64,000 nucleotides of DNA, taken from positions 58,371-122,370 of the forward strand of contig JBBTXE010000001.1 in the NCBI GenBank assembly GCA_038062455.1, read 5' to 3'. The notes under the pieces are model-generated. The model was not told the origin of the DNA and did not search any database. It saw only the letters and a list, made by a program, of their open reading frames with translations. The stretch is from Patescibacteria group bacterium (GTDB taxonomy: Bacteria; Patescibacteriota; Microgenomatia; UBA12405). The translations under genes and the position numbers were made by a program. Below, in pieces: positions 52,025 to 61,488 of this stretch (positions within the stretch are counted from its first letter, which is position 1; every line of letters starts with the position of its first letter).

Positions 52025-52345
52025 ATGAAAATTTTAAAAGGCGACCAAATCCGGGTTTTGATTGGTAAAGACAAAGGCCGAAGCGGGGAAGTGATCAAAA
52101 CTTTCCCTAAAACAGGTAAAGTTATTGTCAAAGGACTAAATCTCTTTAAAAAACACCTAAAACCAAGCCGGGGTCAAAAGGGCGGTATTGTTGAAAAAGA
52201 GAGGGCCTATCAAGCCTCAAAAGTCATTGTCCTTTGTCCCGGTTGTCAAAAACCGATTAGGATTGCCTACACCATTGACAAAAACGGCCATAAATTAAGA
52301 CTTTGCCGTAAGTGCAAAACTCCGCTTACCCAAATAAGAAAATAA
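52025..52345 (+). CDS. rplX: 50S ribosomal protein L24 (with CPGC...CRKC cysteine pairs)
   Basis: KGDQIRVLIGKDKGRSGEV KOW motif; operon position. Confidence 0.92.
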   Translation: MKILKGDQIRVLIGKDKGRSGEVIKTFPKTGKVIVKGLNLFKKHLKPSRGQKGGIVEKERAYQASKVIVLCPGCQKPIRIAYTIDKNGHKLRLCRKCKTPLTQIRK

Positions 52346-52347
52346 AA

Positions 52348-52878
52348 ATGATCTACACCCCTGCAGAAATAAATAAAAAACTAGTTAAAGTATTTGGGCC
52401 CAAAAAGAATTTTTTTTCCATGCCCCGGCTAAATAAAGTCGTTCTCAATTACCGTGTTCCCGAGGCTCGGGAAAGTCAGGAAGCGCTTTTAGCCGCCGAA
52501 AAAGAACTCATGGCTATCGCCGGCCAAAAACCCCGTCTGACCCGTTCCAAAAAGTCAATTTCTACCTTCAAACTTCGTCAAAACGACCCCCTGGCCCTAA
52601 AAGTAACTCTTCGGGGGAAGCGGATGTATCAGTTTGTCGCCAAACTTTTTAATTTAGTTTTACCCCAACTTCGTGATTTCAAAGGCATGTCAACCTCCGC
52701 CTTTGATCAAAACGGAAACTACTCTCTTACTATCCGCGATCAGACCTATTTTCCTGAAGTTAACTTAAATATTGTCAGTAAAATCCGCAGTCTCGAAGTC
52801 ACTCTCAACATCTCTGCTACTTCAGTTGCCGATTCAAAAATGTTATTATCCACCCTGGGTTTTCCATTTCAAAAATAA
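52348..52878 (+). CDS. rplE: 50S ribosomal protein L5
   Basis: Internal ATG directly after the rplX stop; a conserved L5 core pattern (TLRG..MY.F...L). Confidence 0.9.
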   Translation: MIYTPAEINKKLVKVFGPKKNFFSMPRLNKVVLNYRVPEARESQEALLAAEKELMAIAGQKPRLTRSKKSISTFKLRQNDPLALKVTLRGKRMYQFVAKLFNLVLPQLRDFKGMSTSAFDQNGNYSLTIRDQTYFPEVNLNIVSKIRSLEVTLNISATSVADSKMLLSTLGFPFQK

Positions 52879-52884
52879 CCTTAT

Positions 52885-53070
52885 ATGGCCAGATTAACCA
52901 AAAAAATTCGGGAATTAAAAAAACTTCGCTTTAAGACCCGCTATCATAATCGTTGCCACCTCTGTGGTCGGGGACGGGCCTATATCCGCCTTTTTGGTCT
53001 CTGTCGTCTTTGTTTTAGAAAATTAGCCGATACCGGTATGTTGCCCGGTGTTAAAAAAGCCAGCTTTTAA
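52885..53070 (+). CDS. rpsN: 30S ribosomal protein S14, zinc-binding type Z
   Basis: 61 aa; CHLCGR...CRLCFR. Confidence 0.95.
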   Translation: MARLTKKIRELKKLRFKTRYHNRCHLCGRGRAYIRLFGLCRLCFRKLADTGMLPGVKKASF

Positions 53071-53073
53071 CCT

Positions 53074-53442
53074 ATGATTAACTCTCTTTCCTGCGACCTT
53101 TTTATCCGAATCAAAAATGCTTCTCTAAGTGGTAAAAAAACTATTACCGCCCCTTTTTCTTCTTTTTCTGAAAACATTTTAATAAAACTTAAATCCCATG
53201 GTTTTATAGCGGGATTTTCTGTTGACAAAGACAAAAAAAGTTTTGTCATCACTTCTCCCCGGGTTACTGACATCCGTCTTTTATCCAAACCCGGCTGCCG
53301 CCTATACAGTAAACACTCCTCTCTCCCTTGGGGAAAAACTCAAAATTCACTAATTATTGTTTCCACCTCGGCGGGTCTTCTTTCCCAAAAAGAAGCTGCT
53401 GTCAAAAAACTCGGCGGTGAACTTATTGCTGAAATTTATTAA
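53074..53442 (+). CDS. rpsH: 30S ribosomal protein S8
   Basis: Operon position; IRIKNA...GGELIAEIY pattern. Confidence 0.92.
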   Translation: MINSLSCDLFIRIKNASLSGKKTITAPFSSFSENILIKLKSHGFIAGFSVDKDKKSFVITSPRVTDIRLLSKPGCRLYSKHSSLPWGKTQNSLIIVSTSAGLLSQKEAAVKKLGGELIAEIY

Positions 53443-53476
53443 TAAATAGTTTATTTTTTAAAAAATAAAAAATTAA

Positions 53477-53511
53477 ATTCGTAATTCGTAATTGATAATT
53501 AATAATTAATA
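53477..53511 (+). repeat. heptanucleotide tandem array: ATTCGTA x2, ATTGATA, ATTAATA x2
   Basis: Ends 3 nt before the rplF ATG. Confidence 0.85.
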
Positions 53512-53514
53512 CAT

Positions 53515-54054
53515 ATGTCCCGAATTGGCAATAAAATTATAACTATTCCCGAAAACGTCACCGTTACCGTTGGCAATCGTCTGGCTACGGTTAAGGGTCC
53601 CAAAGGCGAACTAACTCTTAATCTACCTATCAAAATCGACGTTGAGGTAAGAGATAATCAAATAATTGTTTCCCGCCAAGGTAATGATAAAAAAACCCGT
53701 TCCTGCCACGGTTCTACCCGGGCCCATCTCCAAAACATGATTACCGGAGTTGTCACTCCCTGGGTGAAACAATTAGAAATTCGGGGTACCGGTTACAAGG
53801 CTTCGGTTGACGGCCATAAATTAAATGTATCCGCCGGCTTTATCCATCCGGTTTTTATTACCGCACCCGAAGGTATCGAATTTCAGGTTATCGAAGACAC
53901 CAAGGTCACTGTCACCGGAATCGACAAAACTATCGTCGGTCAGGTAGGGAGCAATATCCGTAAAATCAAACCCCCCGAACCTTACAAAGGCAAGGGTATC
54001 CGTTACCTTAATGAATTTATTAAACTAAAGGCCGGTAAAACCGCCAAAGCCTAA
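53515..54054 (+). CDS. rplF: 50S ribosomal protein L6
   Basis: MSRIGNKIITIPENV...EPYKGKGIRY. Confidence 0.96.
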   Translation: MSRIGNKIITIPENVTVTVGNRLATVKGPKGELTLNLPIKIDVEVRDNQIIVSRQGNDKKTRSCHGSTRAHLQNMITGVVTPWVKQLEIRGTGYKASVDGHKLNVSAGFIHPVFITAPEGIEFQVIEDTKVTVTGIDKTIVGQVGSNIRKIKPPEPYKGKGIRYLNEFIKLKAGKTAKA

Positions 54055-54060
54055 ATAAAA

Positions 54061-54408
54061 ATGACTATAATTCATAATCAAAAATTGCGCCGACTGGCCC
54101 GAGTCCGGGGTAAAATCAAGGCCAATCTTGGTATTCCCCGTCTGTCAGTACACCGGAGCAATTGTCACATCTGGGTTCAAATAATTGACGACAAACACGG
54201 CCGGACTCTTGCTTCCGTTTCTACCAAATCTCTCAAACTCAAAGAGGGGACTAAAACAGAAAAGGCGGAAATTGTTGGCCAGGCTATTGCCGCTCTGGCC
54301 CTAAAAGAAAAGATTATCAAAGTCCGCTTTGACCGTGGTCTTTACCGCTACCACGGGCGGGTAAAGGCTCTGGCTGAAGCGGCCAGAATTGGTGGTTTAG
54401 ATTTTTAA
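54061..54408 (+). CDS. rplR: 50S ribosomal protein L18
   Basis: PRLSVHRSN.HIWVQIIDD...FDRGLYRYHGRVKALAEAAR. Confidence 0.95.
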   Translation: MTIIHNQKLRRLARVRGKIKANLGIPRLSVHRSNCHIWVQIIDDKHGRTLASVSTKSLKLKEGTKTEKAEIVGQAIAALALKEKIIKVRFDRGLYRYHGRVKALAEAARIGGLDF

Positions 54409-54412
54409 AAAT

Positions 54413-54889
54413 ATGGACAACAATCAATACAATAAACGAGCCTCTTTTGAAAGGTTCCAGAAGCCTGTTAGTGAGTTTACTGAAAAAGTAGTTCAAATCA
54501 AACGCGTTTCCAAAAAAACTAAAGGCGGCAATCAGATTGCTTTTACTGCCCTGGTGGTTTCCGGTGACAAAAAATCCCGTGTCGGTGTCGGTCACGGTCG
54601 GGCCAAAAGTGTGGCTGACGCCATTCAGAAAGCCATTAAACGAGCCCAAAAATCAATGTACACCGTTCCTATTGTTGACGGCACAATTTCCAATTCCCTC
54701 AAATTAAAATTCAAAGGTGCTATCATTTTAATCCGCCCGGGCAAAAAAGGAAGCGGCCTTATCGCCGGCGGTCCGGTCCGATCAGTTGTTGAACTGGCTG
54801 GAATTAAAGATATTGTCAGTAAAATCATCGGCTCCCGAAACAAATCAGTTAATGTTTGGGCTACCTTTCGGGCTCTCAAAATGCTCTAA
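54413..54889 (+). CDS. rpsE: 30S ribosomal protein S5
   Basis: VVQIKRVSKKTKGG...GVGHGRAK...PGKKGSGLIAGGPVR. Confidence 0.95.
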   Translation: MDNNQYNKRASFERFQKPVSEFTEKVVQIKRVSKKTKGGNQIAFTALVVSGDKKSRVGVGHGRAKSVADAIQKAIKRAQKSMYTVPIVDGTISNSLKLKFKGAIILIRPGKKGSGLIAGGPVRSVVELAGIKDIVSKIIGSRNKSVNVWATFRALKML

Positions 54890-54893
54890 ATTC

Positions 54894-55349
54894 ATGAAAA
54901 TTTTAAGCCAACTTAAACCAATTGTTTCCAAAGCCGCCAAACGGGTTGGCCGGGGTATCGGTTCTGGTGTTGGCGGTCACACCACCGGCCGGGGTGCCAA
55001 AGGCGACAAGGTTCGGGGGAAAACCAAATTAACTTTTGACGGTACCAAAATAAAAAAATCCTGGATAAAGCGCCTCCCTTTCCTTCGCGGCAAACATCGT
55101 ACCTTGGCCTTAAATAAATTTCAAACCCTAACCCTTACCCAAATTGACAAAGTTTACCAATCGGGTGACACCATCAATCTCAAAAATATTTTTGAGAAAT
55201 TCCCTCAACTTAATACCCGGATGTATAAATTAGGGGTCAAAATATTGTCCACCGGCGAAATTACCAAAACTTTCACTTTTCAAAAAATAAAATTGACAAA
55301 ATCCGCTGCCGGGAAAGTTATCACTGCCGGTGGTAAGATAGAAGAGTAA
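54894..55349 (+). CDS. rplO: 50S ribosomal protein L15
   Basis: Internal ATG 4 nt after the rpsE stop; KRVGRGIGSGVGGHTTGRGAKG motif. Confidence 0.93.
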   Translation: MKILSQLKPIVSKAAKRVGRGIGSGVGGHTTGRGAKGDKVRGKTKLTFDGTKIKKSWIKRLPFLRGKHRTLALNKFQTLTLTQIDKVYQSGDTINLKNIFEKFPQLNTRMYKLGVKILSTGEITKTFTFQKIKLTKSAAGKVITAGGKIEE

Positions 55350-56630
55350 ATGAATCGTCTGACTCGTGGCTTATCACTCTACCTTGAAGGCCTCAAAACC
55401 CCAGTTCTTAAAAAAAAGATTTTAATCACTCTTGGTATTTTAGTCTTCTTTCGATTTTTGGCCCATATCCCTGTTCCGGGAGTAAATCTTGTTCTACTTA
55501 AAAGTTTCTTTGCTCAAAATCAGTTTCTCTCTCTTTTGGACATTTTTTCCGGCGGAACTCTGGCCAATTTTTCCATTGCCGCCCTGGGTCTAAATCCCTA
55601 TATCAACGCCTCAATTATGCTTCAAATGCTGGGATTTGTCATTCCCGAATTAAAAGCTCTTCAAAAAGAAGGGGAGTATGGTCGGGCCAAGCTCAATCAA
55701 TACACCCGTATTCTCACTATTCCCCTGTCAGCTTTCCAGGCTCTGGCTATGTACGGTATTCTTCATTCCCAAAAGATAATTGGCACCCTTAATCCTTTAA
55801 CCATGGTAGCTCTGGTTACCAGTATGGTTACCGGCACTATGCTCATGATTTTCTTAGGCGAATTAATTAATGATTATGGTATCGGCAACGGTATATCGGT
55901 TATCATTTTTGCCGGAATTATTGCCCGTCTTCCGGTTAGTCTTTTTCAGACCTTAACTCTCTCTGATTTTAGTAATCCCGAAAATCTTTTTAATATTCTT
56001 CTTTTTGCTGCCATTGCCTTTGGGATTATTATTTCGGTAGTTATGGTCGAAGAGGCGGTTTTAAGAGTGCCGATTAACTACGCCCGTCGCTCTCAAACTA
56101 CCTATCTTCCCATCAAGGTCAATGTCGCCGGGGTCATGCCCATTATTTTTGCTGTATCTCTGGCTTCTATTCCTTCCCTCCTGGGTCAGGCTCTTTCCCG
56201 AAGTTCCAATCAGGCCCTCGCTTCAATTGCTCTAAATATCAGCCGGATTTTTTCCCAGACCAGTTTGGTTCACATTGTTTTTTATTTTGTTTTAGTCATC
56301 GCCTTTACTTATTTTTACGCTTCGGTTGTCTTTCGTCCCAAAGATGTGGCCGATGAACTCCGTAAATCCGGTGGTTTTATCCCCGGTATCCGTCCCGGAA
56401 TTACCACTGAAAAAAGACTCGAGTTTTTACTCAATCGGGTAGTGTTAATCGGTGCTGTCTTTCTAGGTTTAATTGCCGTTGTTCCGTCTCTTTTAGAGCG
56501 GATGACCGGTATTTCCACTTTATCCATTGGCGGTACTTCAGTTTTAATCGTGGTTTCAGTTATTCTTGAATTGACCCGTAAAATCGAAAACGTGGTTCAA
56601 ATGTACCATTACGAAAAATTAAGTTACTAA
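55350..56630 (+). CDS. secY: preprotein translocase subunit SecY
   Basis: 426 aa, ten TM segments, IPVPGV and [12 protein letters not shown] motifs. Confidence 0.96.
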   Translation: MNRLTRGLSLYLEGLKTPVLKKKILITLGILVFFRFLAHIPVPGVNLVLLKSFFAQNQFLSLLDIFSGGTLANFSIAALGLNPYINASIMLQMLGFVIPELKALQKEGEYGRAKLNQYTRILTIPLSAFQALAMYGILHSQKIIGTLNPLTMVALVTSMVTGTMLMIFLGELINDYGIGNGISVIIFAGIIARLPVSLFQTLTLSDFSNPENLFNILLFAAIAFGIIISVVMVEEAVLRVPINYARRSQTTYLPIKVNVAGVMPIIFAVSLASIPSLLGQALSRSSNQALASIALNISRIFSQTSLVHIVFYFVLVIAFTYFYASVVFRPKDVADELRKSGGFIPGIRPGITTEKRLEFLLNRVVLIGAVFLGLIAVVPSLLERMTGISTLSIGGTSVLIVVSVILELTRKIENVVQMYHYEKLSY

Positions 56631-57211
56631 TGAACCATCGTTATCTTATTGAAATAAAAAAGCTTCAAGATTTGTTTAAACCATTGGGTTTTGAGGTTGC
56701 TGTCGGTGGGGGATTGGCCTACGATGCCTATATTGGAAAATTTAGCCGTCCTCATGGTGATTTGGACATTGATATTATTGGTAAAGTTGATCACAAAACT
56801 GGTTTTACCACTGTTTCAAAATCAGTTTTTAAAACTTATCCAAACATTTCGACTGTAAAAAACAATCGCCTTATTGTTGAAGATGGTAAATTTGTCATTG
56901 ACATTGAGTATGTCCAAATTATTGATGAATCGAAAAATATCTATCAATATGCTGACGGTTGTTACACTTATCCTGTAGTAACTTATTTGCACAATCGAGG
57001 GAAAATCGGCAAATATATTTTTACTATCGAAAATCCAAATTCTCTCTTCGTCATCAAATTACTTCAACCAATTCTCGGGAAAAAATCAATTCGTTTAAAA
57101 GATGTTCACGACCTAAAACTAATTCGTCCCTATCTCGATTTTGATCAATTGATTAAATCGTGCGAATTCGAATTAAATTATTTCAAAGAACGGCTGAATA
57201 AAACTAAATGA
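56630..57211 (+). CDS. nucleotidyltransferase (aminoglycoside/lincosamide nucleotidyltransferase-like fold)
   Basis: GGGLAYDAYIGKFSRPHGDLDIDI matches the GG...R.H.D.D motif of minimal NTases. The start overlaps the secY stop. Confidence 0.55.
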   Translation: MNHRYLIEIKKLQDLFKPLGFEVAVGGGLAYDAYIGKFSRPHGDLDIDIIGKVDHKTGFTTVSKSVFKTYPNISTVKNNRLIVEDGKFVIDIEYVQIIDESKNIYQYADGCYTYPVVTYLHNRGKIGKYIFTIENPNSLFVIKLLQPILGKKSIRLKDVHDLKLIRPYLDFDQLIKSCEFELNYFKERLNKTK

Positions 57212-57849
57212 AATATAATTTAATAAACTCCCCTTTTGAAGGGGAGATCCCGAGCAGAGCGAGGGAAAGGGGTTTAAATCTTTTCATCATCGGACCCTCC
57301 GGCTGCGGTAAATCTACTCAAGCCAAACTCATTGCCGATAAATACCATTTGACTTATTTCTCCATGGGCCAGCTTCTTCGGGATGAAATTGCCTCTGGTT
57401 CCGGTTTTGGTCTCGAAGCCAAATCCTATTTAGATCGGGGTGTTTGGGTTCCCGATGATCTGACTTTTGATGTTCTGATTAGTAAACTTAAATCTATAAA
57501 TTTTCAAAATTTTATTATCGATGGTTTTCCCCGGGTATTAAATCAGGGAAAAATTATTGAATTCTTTCTAAAAAAACAGTCAAAACCGTTTTCCTTATTA
57601 ATTCATCTCGAAGTCAGTCAGCAGGAAATAACCGCTCGGCGACAAATTGAAGGAGAGTCTTTTCAGGATGCCAATCGCTCCGACAATACTCCCGAAGCTA
57701 TCAAACAACGCCAACTTTCTTACGACGAAACCATTAATCCAATTAAAGATTACTTCCAATCTATCGGCAAATTTTGTGACGTCGACGGTAACCGCCCCGT
57801 TAAACCTATTTTTGCTGATATATGTTTAGCCATTGATTCCCTTAAATAA
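57208..57849 (+). CDS. adk: adenylate kinase with a ~25-aa N-terminal extension
   Basis: P-loop GPSGCGKSTQA, and LRDEI...G..VPD. No in-frame start codon closer to the P-loop. Confidence 0.85.
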   Translation: MKYNLINSPFEGEIPSRARERGLNLFIIGPSGCGKSTQAKLIADKYHLTYFSMGQLLRDEIASGSGFGLEAKSYLDRGVWVPDDLTFDVLISKLKSINFQNFIIDGFPRVLNQGKIIEFFLKKQSKPFSLLIHLEVSQQEITARRQIEGESFQDANRSDNTPEAIKQRQLSYDETINPIKDYFQSIGKFCDVDGNRPVKPIFADICLAIDSLK

Positions 57850-57850
57850 T

Positions 57851-58243
57851 ATGCTCCAAATTCCAAAAGACATAAAAGACCTACTCGAGAAATCTATTAT
57901 TGCTTTTGGTACCTGCGACAAAACCATGCGACCCAATATTATTACCATTGCTTCCTGTCAGGTAGTTGGTCCCAATCAAGTTTTATTTACCGATTATTTT
58001 TTTAATAAAACTTACAAAAACCTCCTTGAAAATAGCCAGGTGGCTTTATCCTTTTGGGATCAGGATGGTAAAAAAGCCTATCAACTCAAGGGAAACGCTC
58101 AATATATGACTTCAGGTGACTGGAAAAAAAGAGTTGATAATGACCCCGCCAACGCCGGCCTTGTCTACAACGCCGCTGTTTTAGTCAACGTTACCGAAAT
58201 TTGGGATTTGGCCGACCCCAAATTAATTTGTTCTCAAGATTAA
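57851..58243 (+). CDS. pyridoxamine 5'-phosphate oxidase-like FMN-binding protein
   Basis: Split-barrel pattern (PNIITIASCQVVG...VALSFWD...AYQLKGNAQY). ATG immediately after the adk stop. Confidence 0.55.
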   Translation: MLQIPKDIKDLLEKSIIAFGTCDKTMRPNIITIASCQVVGPNQVLFTDYFFNKTYKNLLENSQVALSFWDQDGKKAYQLKGNAQYMTSGDWKKRVDNDPANAGLVYNAAVLVNVTEIWDLADPKLICSQD

Positions 58244-58256
58244 TAATTTAAATTAA

Positions 58257-58463
58257 ATGAAAGATCAAGCCACAGTCCGAGGTTTGGTTACTGAAGTTTT
58301 ACCCGATCAACTTTTCCGGGTTAAACTCGAAGACGATAGACTTATCGTCTGCTATATAGCCGGTCGTTTAAAACTTAACCACATTCGTTGTCTGGCCGGT
58401 GACAATGTATCTCTGGTTTTGTCACCCGACGGCAACAAAGGTCGCATCGTTTACCGCGGCTAA
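58257..58463 (+). CDS. infA: translation initiation factor IF-1
   Basis: 68 aa S1-like; VTEVLPDQLFRVKLEDDRLIVCYIAGRLK. Confidence 0.93.
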   Translation: MKDQATVRGLVTEVLPDQLFRVKLEDDRLIVCYIAGRLKLNHIRCLAGDNVSLVLSPDGNKGRIVYRG

Positions 58464-58526
58464 TTTTATGTAATTTACCCTTTGATATTGGGGTAACTTT
58501 AGGGTACAATACCAAAGTTCATCTCT

Positions 58527-58640
58527 ATGAAGGTTAAATCGAGTATCCGCCGTCGCTGTAAAAAATGTCTCATCGTCATCAGACGCGGCCTTCGCCGGGT
58601 TATCTGTTCTACCAAGCGGCACAATCAAAAACAAGGGTAA
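58527..58640 (+). CDS. rpmJ: 50S ribosomal protein L36
   Basis: Hand-translated 37 aa, MKVKSSIRRRCKKCLIVIRRGLRRVICSTKRHNQKQG. Not in the ORF track (too short). Canonical position between infA and rpsM. Confidence 0.9.
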   Translation: MKVKSSIRRRCKKCLIVIRRGLRRVICSTKRHNQKQG

Positions 58641-58642
58641 AT

Positions 58643-59062
58643 ATGAGAATATCCGGAGTGGAACTTCCTGATTCAGAACGCGCTGAAATTGGTTTAACCC
58701 GTTTCTATGGCATTGGTCTAAAAAATGTATTAAATCTGGCTAAAAAAGCTGGAATTAACCTAGACACCCGCATTAAAGATTTTACCCGTGACAATGTCAG
58801 TAATTTGATGAAAGCCTTGGAAACTTTCACCGTCGAAGGTGATTTAAAAAAAGAAGTCCGGGAAAACATCGACCGCCTCAAAGCCATTCGCTGTTATCAG
58901 GGAATCCGCCATATTGTCAGTTTACCGGTTCGTGGTCAGCGAACCAAAAGCAATGCCCGTACCCGCAAAGGTAAAAGAAAAACCGTTGGTTCTCTTACCA
59001 AAGAAGCCTGGGCTAAAATTGAAACTCAGCAAAAAACTGCCGAAGTTACCAAAAACAGCTAA
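58643..59062 (+). CDS. rpsM: 30S ribosomal protein S13
   Basis: Internal ATG giving [10 protein letters not shown]...YGIGLKN...[13 protein letters not shown]. Confidence 0.94.
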   Translation: MRISGVELPDSERAEIGLTRFYGIGLKNVLNLAKKAGINLDTRIKDFTRDNVSNLMKALETFTVEGDLKKEVRENIDRLKAIRCYQGIRHIVSLPVRGQRTKSNARTRKGKRKTVGSLTKEAWAKIETQQKTAEVTKNS

Positions 59063-59064
59063 CT

Positions 59065-59496
59065 ATGACTACCACCACCCCTGTCGAAAAAAAATCACCA
59101 TCCGAAACTCCCAAAATTATTTCCAAAAAGAAAGTCATTACCAAATCTTTCGCCGAAGCCAAGCTTTTTATTAAATCCACCTTTAATAACACTCTAGTCA
59201 CTGTCACTGATCCCAAAGGCAACACCCTTGCTTGGTCCTCATCCGGCCGCTGTGGTTTCAAAGGATCCCGCAAATCAACCCCTTTCGCCGCCACCACTGC
59301 CATCGAACGTGCTTTAGAAGAGGCAAAAAAATATGGTATCAAAACATTATCAGTTTATTTAAAAGGTCCGGGAACCGGTCGCGACGCTGCTCTGCGCTAT
59401 CTTCGCGCCAAGCGTGATTTTGAAGTCTCCTTAATCGCCGATATTACCCAGATTCACCACAACGGCCCTCGTCCCCCTAAACAAAGGCGCGCCTAA
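59065..59496 (+). CDS. rpsK: 30S ribosomal protein S11
   Basis: [34 protein letters not shown]. Confidence 0.95.
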   Translation: MTTTTPVEKKSPSETPKIISKKKVITKSFAEAKLFIKSTFNNTLVTVTDPKGNTLAWSSSGRCGFKGSRKSTPFAATTAIERALEEAKKYGIKTLSVYLKGPGTGRDAALRYLRAKRDFEVSLIADITQIHHNGPRPPKQRRA

Positions 59497-59502
59497 AAAT
59501 TT

Positions 59503-60138
59503 ATGTCCAGATCCACCGTCGATACTAAATGTCGTCTCTGCCGCACCGAAGGTGCCAAACTTTTTCTCAAAGGCGCCCGGTGTCTTTCCGTCAAATGTCC
59601 CCTGGAGAAAAAAGGTGCCATTATTCCCGGTATGCATGGTCTTAAACGTGCCAAAAAGTTAAGTGACTACGGTCGGCAGCTTCGGGCCAAACAAAAAGCC
59701 AAACGTTTTTACGGAGGATTAACTGAAACTCAATTCAAAAATTACTATACCAAAGCCAAAAAACTCAAAGGACTTGTCGGAACCAACCTTTTGACTCTAC
59801 TTGAACGCCGACTGGACAACGTCGTCTATTCCGCCGGTTTAAGTCTGTCCCGTTCTCACGCCCGATCCCTGGTTTCTCATCGCCAGGTTTTAGTTAACAG
59901 CGCTCCGTTAAATATTGCCTCATATAGTGTCAAAGTAGGCGACCTTGTCGCTCTTAATAAAAACACTGCCGCCAAAATTGGAGATCTGATTAGACTTTCT
60001 GACAAAGATTTTAAAGCCCCCCAGTGGCTTGATTTGGGAAAATCAAAATTTTCCGTTAAAATAATCTCTTTACCTATTATCGATCCGATTCTATTGGGTA
60101 TCGATATAAATTTAATTATTGAATATTATTCCAGATAA
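59503..60138 (+). CDS. rpsD: 30S ribosomal protein S4
   Basis: CRLCRTEG zinc-type N-terminus, S4 RNA-binding domain (LERRLDNVVY). Confidence 0.94.
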   Translation: MSRSTVDTKCRLCRTEGAKLFLKGARCLSVKCPLEKKGAIIPGMHGLKRAKKLSDYGRQLRAKQKAKRFYGGLTETQFKNYYTKAKKLKGLVGTNLLTLLERRLDNVVYSAGLSLSRSHARSLVSHRQVLVNSAPLNIASYSVKVGDLVALNKNTAAKIGDLIRLSDKDFKAPQWLDLGKSKFSVKIISLPIIDPILLGIDINLIIEYYSR

Positions 60139-60150
60139 AAGGAGACCCTT

Positions 60151-61071
60151 ATGATCGACACCAGCCGATTTCATCTCAAAACTATTAAACAAACCGACAC
60201 TTTCGGAAAGTTCGAGCTTAGTCCTTTGATTGGTGGTTTTGGCCATACTTTAGGTAATTCCCTTCGTAGGGTACTTTTAATCACCATTCCCGGGGCCGCC
60301 ATCACCCGAATCCGGGTTAACGGTGCCAGTCATCTCTTTACCACTCTTACCGGTGTCAAAGAGGACCTCGTTGAGGTCTCCTTAAATCTAAAAAAAGTTA
60401 AATTTGTTTACAACCGCGAAGAACCCACCACCCTAATCCTCGAGAAAAAAGGCAAAGGGATAGTAACCGCCGGTGACATCGCCGACAGTGAAATTTGTAA
60501 AGTTGCCAATCCTGACTTAGTAATTGCTACTCTAACCGACCACAAAGCCAACCTAAAGATTGAAATGACTGTTGAGCGCGGTGTCGGTTATACTTTAGCT
60601 AAAGAACAAAAAACTGATATTGTTGGTGAAATTATCCTCGACGCCACCTTCACTCCCGTGCTCAGAGCTAATTATTCTATTGAACCGACCCGTTTAGGAA
60701 AAAAATCCAATTACGACAAGTTAACCATGGAAATCTGGACTGACGCTTCAGTTAGTCCGGAAACTGCCCTTAAAACCGCTGCTAAAGATTTGATCAATTC
60801 CCTAAATCAAATTGTCGACACCCGTGAATTTGATGACGAAGTGGTGACTCTGTCTGCCCACCCCGGTTCTCAATTATCTGATATTTCCGTCGAAGAAATC
60901 GAGCTGCCTCTCCGGGTTACCAATGCTCTAAAAAAAGCTGATTTTAATACTATTGACACTCTGATCAAGGCCGGTCGGGGAGAAGTCAGCAAGTCTCGGA
61001 ATGTCGGCGAAAAATCACTAAAAGTTATTGATGCTTGGCTCAAAAATAAGGGCTATTCCTGGAGCAAATAA
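60151..61071 (+). CDS. rpoA: DNA-directed RNA polymerase subunit alpha
   Basis: GHTLGNSLRRVLL N-terminal domain and a C-terminal domain with ELPLRVTNALK. AAGGAG Shine-Dalgarno upstream. Confidence 0.95.
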   Translation: MIDTSRFHLKTIKQTDTFGKFELSPLIGGFGHTLGNSLRRVLLITIPGAAITRIRVNGASHLFTTLTGVKEDLVEVSLNLKKVKFVYNREEPTTLILEKKGKGIVTAGDIADSEICKVANPDLVIATLTDHKANLKIEMTVERGVGYTLAKEQKTDIVGEIILDATFTPVLRANYSIEPTRLGKKSNYDKLTMEIWTDASVSPETALKTAAKDLINSLNQIVDTREFDDEVVTLSAHPGSQLSDISVEEIELPLRVTNALKKADFNTIDTLIKAGRGEVSKSRNVGEKSLKVIDAWLKNKGYSWSK

Positions 61072-61074
61072 ACC

Positions 61075-61488
61075 ATGCGTCATCGGATTTTTGGTCGCCG
61101 GCTTAATCGAACCCATAATCAGCGCCAGGCGTTGTTTCGAAGTCTTCTGCGTAGTCTCTTTACCCACGGAGCCGTCACTACTACTGCCGCCAAAGCCAAA
61201 TCAATTAGTAACTCGGCTGAAAAAATAGCCACCTTAGCTGTCAAAAATAATTTGACATCCTTCCGGCGGATAAATAAAATTTTTAACAACCGTCAATTTG
61301 TAGCCGAGTTAATTACCCGTATCAATACTACTTTTACCGATCAAAACTCAAACTTTTTCCGTTTTGACAATGTTGGTTATCGCCAAGGTGATAATTCTCT
61401 TCAAGTCAAGCTAAGTTTAACCAAAGCCTATTCCAAGTTGGAAGAAAAGAAAACTAAAAAGAAAGTTACTAAAGAGGAGGCAAAATGA
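61075..61488 (+). CDS. rplQ: 50S ribosomal protein L17
   Basis: MRHRIFGRRLNRTHNQRQALFRSL. Confidence 0.94.
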   Translation: MRHRIFGRRLNRTHNQRQALFRSLLRSLFTHGAVTTTAAKAKSISNSAEKIATLAVKNNLTSFRRINKIFNNRQFVAELITRINTTFTDQNSNFFRFDNVGYRQGDNSLQVKLSLTKAYSKLEEKKTKKKVTKEEAK

